In this document: positions 58,428-64,000 of the stretch, one piece after another
Layout: every line of letters starts with the position of its first letter
How positions within the stretch are numbered: position 1 is the first letter of the stretch
Origin: Podarcis muralis
Lineage: Eukaryota
Direction of reading: 5' to 3'
DNA length: 64,000 nt
Assembly (NCBI RefSeq): GCF_964188315.1
Contig: NC_135657.1
Coordinates: forward strand, 95,480,001 to 95,544,000
Made by a program: the position numbers and the translations under genes
The notes under the pieces: model-generated
What the model saw: the letters and a program-made list of their open reading frames with translations, nothing else
Databases searched by the model: none
Told to the model about the DNA's origin: nothing

Positions 58428-61400
58428 TAATGTATGTTGTATTATGATGAACTATGGGGTGAATCTTAACAAGCCATGCACCTGAATGTGTTTTTTTGCA
58501 CTCAAAAAATAATTCTAGAAGCACAAGTAGTTCAAAGTAATGCTCTGTGTCTTTAGGTGGAACATTACGTCATGCCAGGAGAAGCAAAGGGAATAAGAGA
58601 TCATGTTAAAAGAGAGAAGGTTGTTCAGAAATGCTGAATATATTTTATGATTTTAAAACTAAAGGCAAATACATCTTGCATGAATTGACTTATACGTTAA
58701 GATTTTGTGCAAGACAGCCAATTAGCTGGGAAATGCATATTTTTATAGACTGGACTGTGTGGGGCATCTTGATTTATAAAATTATAACCAGATGGTGGTT
58801 ATTGATGAACCCTCTCCCATATAAAATGTAGAGCTGCTTGATAGAAATTGAATAGTATCTGAGTGACCGATAACATGAGATAGGGGCAACGACTGCACAT
58901 TAATTATCTTTAATAGTAAGGTAATGGAAATCATTTGCTATGCAAGGCATGCTTTGGCCTGGGCTGAGATCAATAGCAATTTCTTTCTTATATGCATTCC
59001 ACTCCACTGGTTTCATGCCTTTGTGGAAATAGCTAAGGTGCTACCATAACAATTATCCAATATATAAGACCAAAAAAGACAAAACATAAACAATTACCAT
59101 AACCATGTATTATGTCTAGGTATATACAATGTAAATATCAACATGCTATTTTTATGAGTCTGCATTCTTGTAAAGTTTCCCAACAGCAGAATACTTTTCA
59201 CTCCCATTAACTTTAATGGGAGTTGAGGAATCTGAATCATTGGAGGGAGGTGTGAATAACCTAGATGGTTATGGATGATGCTGTGATTTCCAGAGCATCA
59301 CTTTATTAAATTGTTATTCTGTGTTTTTTAAAAATATTATGAACTTGGTAACAGGGCTGTAAAGTATAATCATGATATTAAAACATTATTTTCAATATAT
59401 CTGCACAGGAGACTTTTTCTTTCCTTAAGCAAAGTTTGTAAGACAAATAAAAGACCCATATAGCCTTCATAAGCTACATAAGTATGATGAAAGCATGAAG
59501 CTTTCTTGCAATCCAGTTTTGAGCCACTGTTGTATACCAACACCTGAGTTATTGACTGCGTTTGAGGCAGTTCGCCCAATACATTTTTCTGTACATGCAA
59601 ACTACTGTGGGGCACACACTTGTATGAACAAGTGTAATGTATGGGCAATGAAATCATGGATGTGGCCAGCATCAATTTGTATGACTGGCAAACAGTTTCA
59701 CCATGGTTGCCGCAATTATGGGAATCGCTTCTGGCATGCTATGCACATTATGCTTGTCCAGGCAAATTAATATCTCAAAATTGGTCCGGAATGCTTATTT
59801 TTACGGACAAGGAAAAACACACTGTCCCATTACATGCTACAATAAAGTAATGCGTATATACTTCAACATTTTAATCTGTTATTGCAATTAAGGAAAAAAG
59901 ACAGTCCGTTTTTTAAAAATAAAATAAAGCACTGTACAAATCAGCAAATAGTTGAGACACCATTCAAGTAAAAATTACAAATGTGCTTATCTTACAGAAT
60001 ATAATATAAATTATAACATGCCCTTAACCAGACCCAGTATCATTTAAACATTACCACCTCAGGGGGAAAAGAAGGTGCTTCTGTACCTCTGGGAGTTTGA
60101 ACGTAAATATAAACAATGATGCTAACAGGAGTCACAAGCGATACCTGGATCTAAAGTTGAAAGTTTGGGCAATGTTAACCTCAGACTTGGGGTCCAGACT
60201 CAATTCTATTCAAAGAGCAGGATAAAATAAATAACCATATACCTTCTTTGCTCTACTGTAAAAAAATTAAAAGTGAATGAATGAAGGCTATGTCCTTCTA
60301 ACATCACTCATCATCAAATACAAGTGATTCCCTCAACTGTGTCTCCTCTTGGGGGAGATGTGGGGTACACATCTCAGGGAATATACACACACTTTAATGT
60401 AGGGAAGAAGATGCATCAAAAGGAATGCCTAACAATTCTGTTTCTGCTGCTTTCCTATGGTGGGTTCCCAAAACATTGCGAGAGGCAATCCTTTCTATAG
60501 ATATATGCTTTTCCATGTTAGAAAGTATCTGGATGTCTTTGTGTCCCTAACCTCACCGTTGCAAAATTATATCTGATAATATTGCAGTCCTGACTGGACA
60601 ATTGTATCAAGAGTTGGTAGAGAACAACAACTTTCCCTAAGGCGGTAGGGAAATATTTATGAGGCAGTCATGATGTTAAATTGAATTACCCAAGTGTCAG
60701 TCTTAAGTTCTCCTTCAATATTTTCTTACACAGTACTAGATAAAGCTATTTCCATTCCTTGTTTGGACCAAATAACCATTTTGATAGTAAAGCTCCATAA
60801 CAGTCACCTAGAAACAAAGGGAGCCTGCCCCACATTTCTGATTCACTCAGCCTAACTTGTTTCCAGCATTATACTTGAAATACACTACTCATTAGTAATA
60901 CAGTTAAAACATTGTTTTTATGAGTTTCAAATTAAGATGTGAATACTGTATGGTTCAGCCCCATGGGTAGCAATAATTCAGTAATATTCATTGATCTTAG
61001 TGATGCCCCCCTCATTTATTATCTAATTAACTAAGATGTGAAGATTTATACTCTTTTGGGTTAACTGTACCTTGTTGCACTTGATTATTGTCATATGAAA
61101 TAGAAATAACCAAAATACTCTGAGAGATAGTCAACTAAATCATACTAAAAGTAGGCCCATTGAATTCAATGGGTCAGCTCTGAGTTTGACTGATATTGGA
61201 TATCACCCAGTGCTCTTATTGGCTGGATTCTTTGGACCACAATATAACATATCAGACTGCTTTATGTAAAGAGTTCCATAAAGCTTTATGTATGCAAATG
61301 AATGGTATGGCTGTCAAGAGGTAACATAACTTCAGAGACATAGAGAAAGACTTTGATGAGTTCTATTCCCAGCTCCAATACTAATTTCTTTCTGTTTTCT

Positions 61401-61771
61401 TGGGCTGAATAATCTGCCACAGACATAGTCACCAATTTGGGGCATTTTAGTATTTGTGTTGCTTTATAATTTTATTTTTGGCAGGGGGTTATTAAATGAA
61501 AGGTTAACAATGCATATACTGGTCTTCCTGCTGTCAGGAAGCCCTGTCAACCCAGTCAAACTACAACCTTTGGATTTAAACCATTAAGGGTAGGCCTGCA
61601 CAATTTATGACCTACCAAAGCAAATTCAGTCTCCCCAGCCATGTTATGTAGTGTGCCAGATGTATGGCAGCCTTCCGGTCCTGTGTTTTGAAGTTTTTAG
61701 GCAAGCGGCAGAAGCAGGAGGATTATTGATACCCTGTTGGTGGGACTCCATAGGTGACTGGCATGCAGCAT

Positions 61772-61834
61772 TATAGAATCCTTGAATTGGAAGTGACGCT
61801 CCCTCCAAGGTCAGCTGGCCCAACCCTCTGCAAT
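61772..61834 (-). mobile_element. CR1-type 3' tail fragment
   Basis: tatagaatccttgaattggaagtgac…ggtcagctggcccaaccctctgcaat resembles the tail at 16505-16575. Confidence 0.55.
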
Positions 61835-63107
61835 ACCACATCTACCACAAGGTGTGGAAGCACATGAAACTGGCCACTTTAAGTTGCATGTGCACCGGCT
61901 CCCATCATGGCAGGCCAGTCATGGGAAACTGCTGCCGTGAGCAAAAGCAGACTGTTTGCACTCCAGTATAAAACCTTCCTGGAGTGGCACGCTAAATTCC
62001 TGCATATGCTTCTCACTTTTATTCTGTGAGCTGGCAGAAAAATCAATGCTCAAATATGTAGCAGAGGCCAAATAACCCAGAGTTTCCTGTGCATTGGCTT
62101 GAGTTGCGAATCAGTGTATAATATATCAGTAATCAGCACTAATTAGAAACCCCAGTCCTGTAATACAATCTCTTGCTTTAACCTGTGCTTTAAATACTAA
62201 AAGGCAAGCACCTTAATTTCTCCAAACTTTGAGCTGTCAAAAAATAATGTTTGATTTGAATTGAGACCTATGAGGTTTGAGACAGTTGAATAACAACATT
62301 CTGGAGGGAATTAATGTCCTTCCTGGAGCAAAGGGAGTTATAATGCCAGGTTCAAACACACAGCGCTGATAGATAAATGTTTGGCTTTTTTAAAAAATGA
62401 AAATGAAAACATTGCTTTAAAAGGATGAATTCTAAAATGGTTGAGTTTGGTTGACAGAATCTTATGAGCAATATTGGCTGCATTTGTTTGATACTGGATA
62501 TGAATTATTTCTAGTACAGTATTTAAAACATTACAACAGTATAAAAGGATGATGTTCTGATCTGGAGCTTCTGATCAGAATTCACAGGGGTCCTTTTGCC
62601 CAACTATCCTGAATCATGTAAACTTTACTGTGTACTGTTGAACTCTGAAAGTGGCTTTGCACCTAACATTTTAGGTGTAAGACATGTTGGTTTTTTTAAT
62701 ATGTGAGTTCCAAAAAAAAAAAAAGTGAATTGTTGTATTTGTTAGGGAGATAGGATTAGCTCTAGCTGCCTGTTTCTGTACACACGGCTTTACTGCCACA
62801 CAAACTGGAAAACGGTGCTGAGATGATAGCCCTGATATTTACACAATCATTTATTTTAGGATCATCCCCCTATCTTTTTAGGCATTGCCAATTCTCTTAC
62901 AGCTGACTTTAGCCTCTGATTCACACAGGCATAACCAAGGAAGGTCCCAGGCAATTTTCTTCTATGATTTGAAGTGTTGGAGACGGTTCTCCTCCTTCAT
63001 ACATGCTTACTATTTCTCCCTTTAATGGTTGTCAGAGGGGAAAGACAGAAAAAGAGTGAACAGGACCGCCTTTTTGGGCGGGGTCCAGCATCAGAAATGA
63101 AAGAGAG

Positions 63108-63285
63108 GTAGTACAGCATCTTTTTTTACACACAGAAGGTCCCAGGCTCAATCCCTGGTCTTTCCAAGTAGGACTGGAAATGTCCCTGGTCTGAAGTCCT
63201 GGAGAGATGCTGCCAGCCAGTGTAGACAGACACTAGATGGACCAATGGCTTGGCTTCGTATAAGACAGCTTCCTGTGTCTTATGT
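63108..63285 (+). mobile_element. tRNA-derived squamate SINE (Squam3-like)
   Basis: cagaaggtcccaggctcaatccctgg (box B-like)…ctagatggaccaatgg…gtataagacagcttcct tail. The family name is from recall. Confidence 0.6.
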
Positions 63286-64000
63286 CCAGTCTATGTCCAG
63301 TCCGTCTCCCTTTTCCTTTTGGTTGTATCTTCCACCCATCATTACCAGTACCTGCCTCTATAGGCTGAGACAAATGAAAACCAAATTGCTTTTCAGGGCA
63401 CTCAACAGCACAGGGCTGTTGCAGCACTGCAACAAGAACTTTAGGATTGCTACTGAAGCTAACCTATAGCAGGAGGTGGAGAGAAGGGGATCTGAAAGAA
63501 GAAAACCAGTGGGGCAAGGAGGGTGAGGATGAGAATGGCTATTTCAAGGAATCATGACACGTACATTACTCTTCTTACCTGCCTCCCTCTCCTATCATTC
63601 TAGTTAGTATTGATGCTCTGCCAGATTCCTTAGAACAGGGATAGCCAACATGGTGCCCTCAAGAAAGAGTTGGGTACCAACTCCCAACATCCCTGACCAT
63701 GGGCTGTGCTGGCTGACACTGATCAGGGTTAAAGTCCAGCGACATCTAAAGAGCTACTTGCCCCTGCCCTAGAATATGGATACAAATCAGAAGTTGAAAT
63801 TAGCTTGGGAGATAATTAGCCTAGGATAATGGATTGTGTAAATGGAAAGAGCAGGGGTATTTTAGTACAACCCCCCCATGCTTTCAGTAAAAGAATGCTA
63901 TTGGGGGTTCCAGTTTTAATTCCAATTTCAGCAGTAATTCCACAACATTCTCTGCAAACACACACATAAGCGTAAGAAGAAAAATAATTTTCATAGGTTA

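Overview
Vertebrate genomic DNA, very probably a lacertid lizard (Podarcis/Lacerta-like), judged from Sauria SINEs, BovB/CR1/L2 LINE remnants and lacertid-type MITEs. The window lies within the neuronal C2HC zinc-finger gene MYT1L on the + strand. Five coding exons splice cleanly with GT-AG boundaries: 20346-20400, 20588-20621, 20924-20986, 39114-39487 and 57439-58413. Together they give 1501 nt (500 codons + 1), encoding MEVDADEKRHRTRSKGVR..., zinc finger 1, a long poly-Glu/Asp tract and the region ending KKPYYGK. I found no further coding exon before 64000. The rest is intron and presumed 5'-UTR intron, dense with transposons. Most notable observations: (1) a 3' fragment of a probable Ngaro/DIRS-type tyrosine-recombinase retrotransposon carrying an SGNH-esterase remnant (DGIHLS) that the ORF track misses; (2) two full-length Sauria SINEs in inverted orientation 553 nt apart, a potential long dsRNA/ADAR substrate, plus a third copy that brackets the poly-Glu exon; (3) a candidate UG-repeat-headed cryptic poison exon and a (UG)18 tract next to the zinc-finger exon donor; (4) a compact CCAAT/GC/TATA/Inr promoter cassette inside an intron; (5) MITEs with shared ends but different hairpin cores, and nested hAT insertions with verifiable TSDs. 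No CRISPR arrays, rRNA or genuine tRNA genes. All family assignments are by eye and from recall, with no database search.
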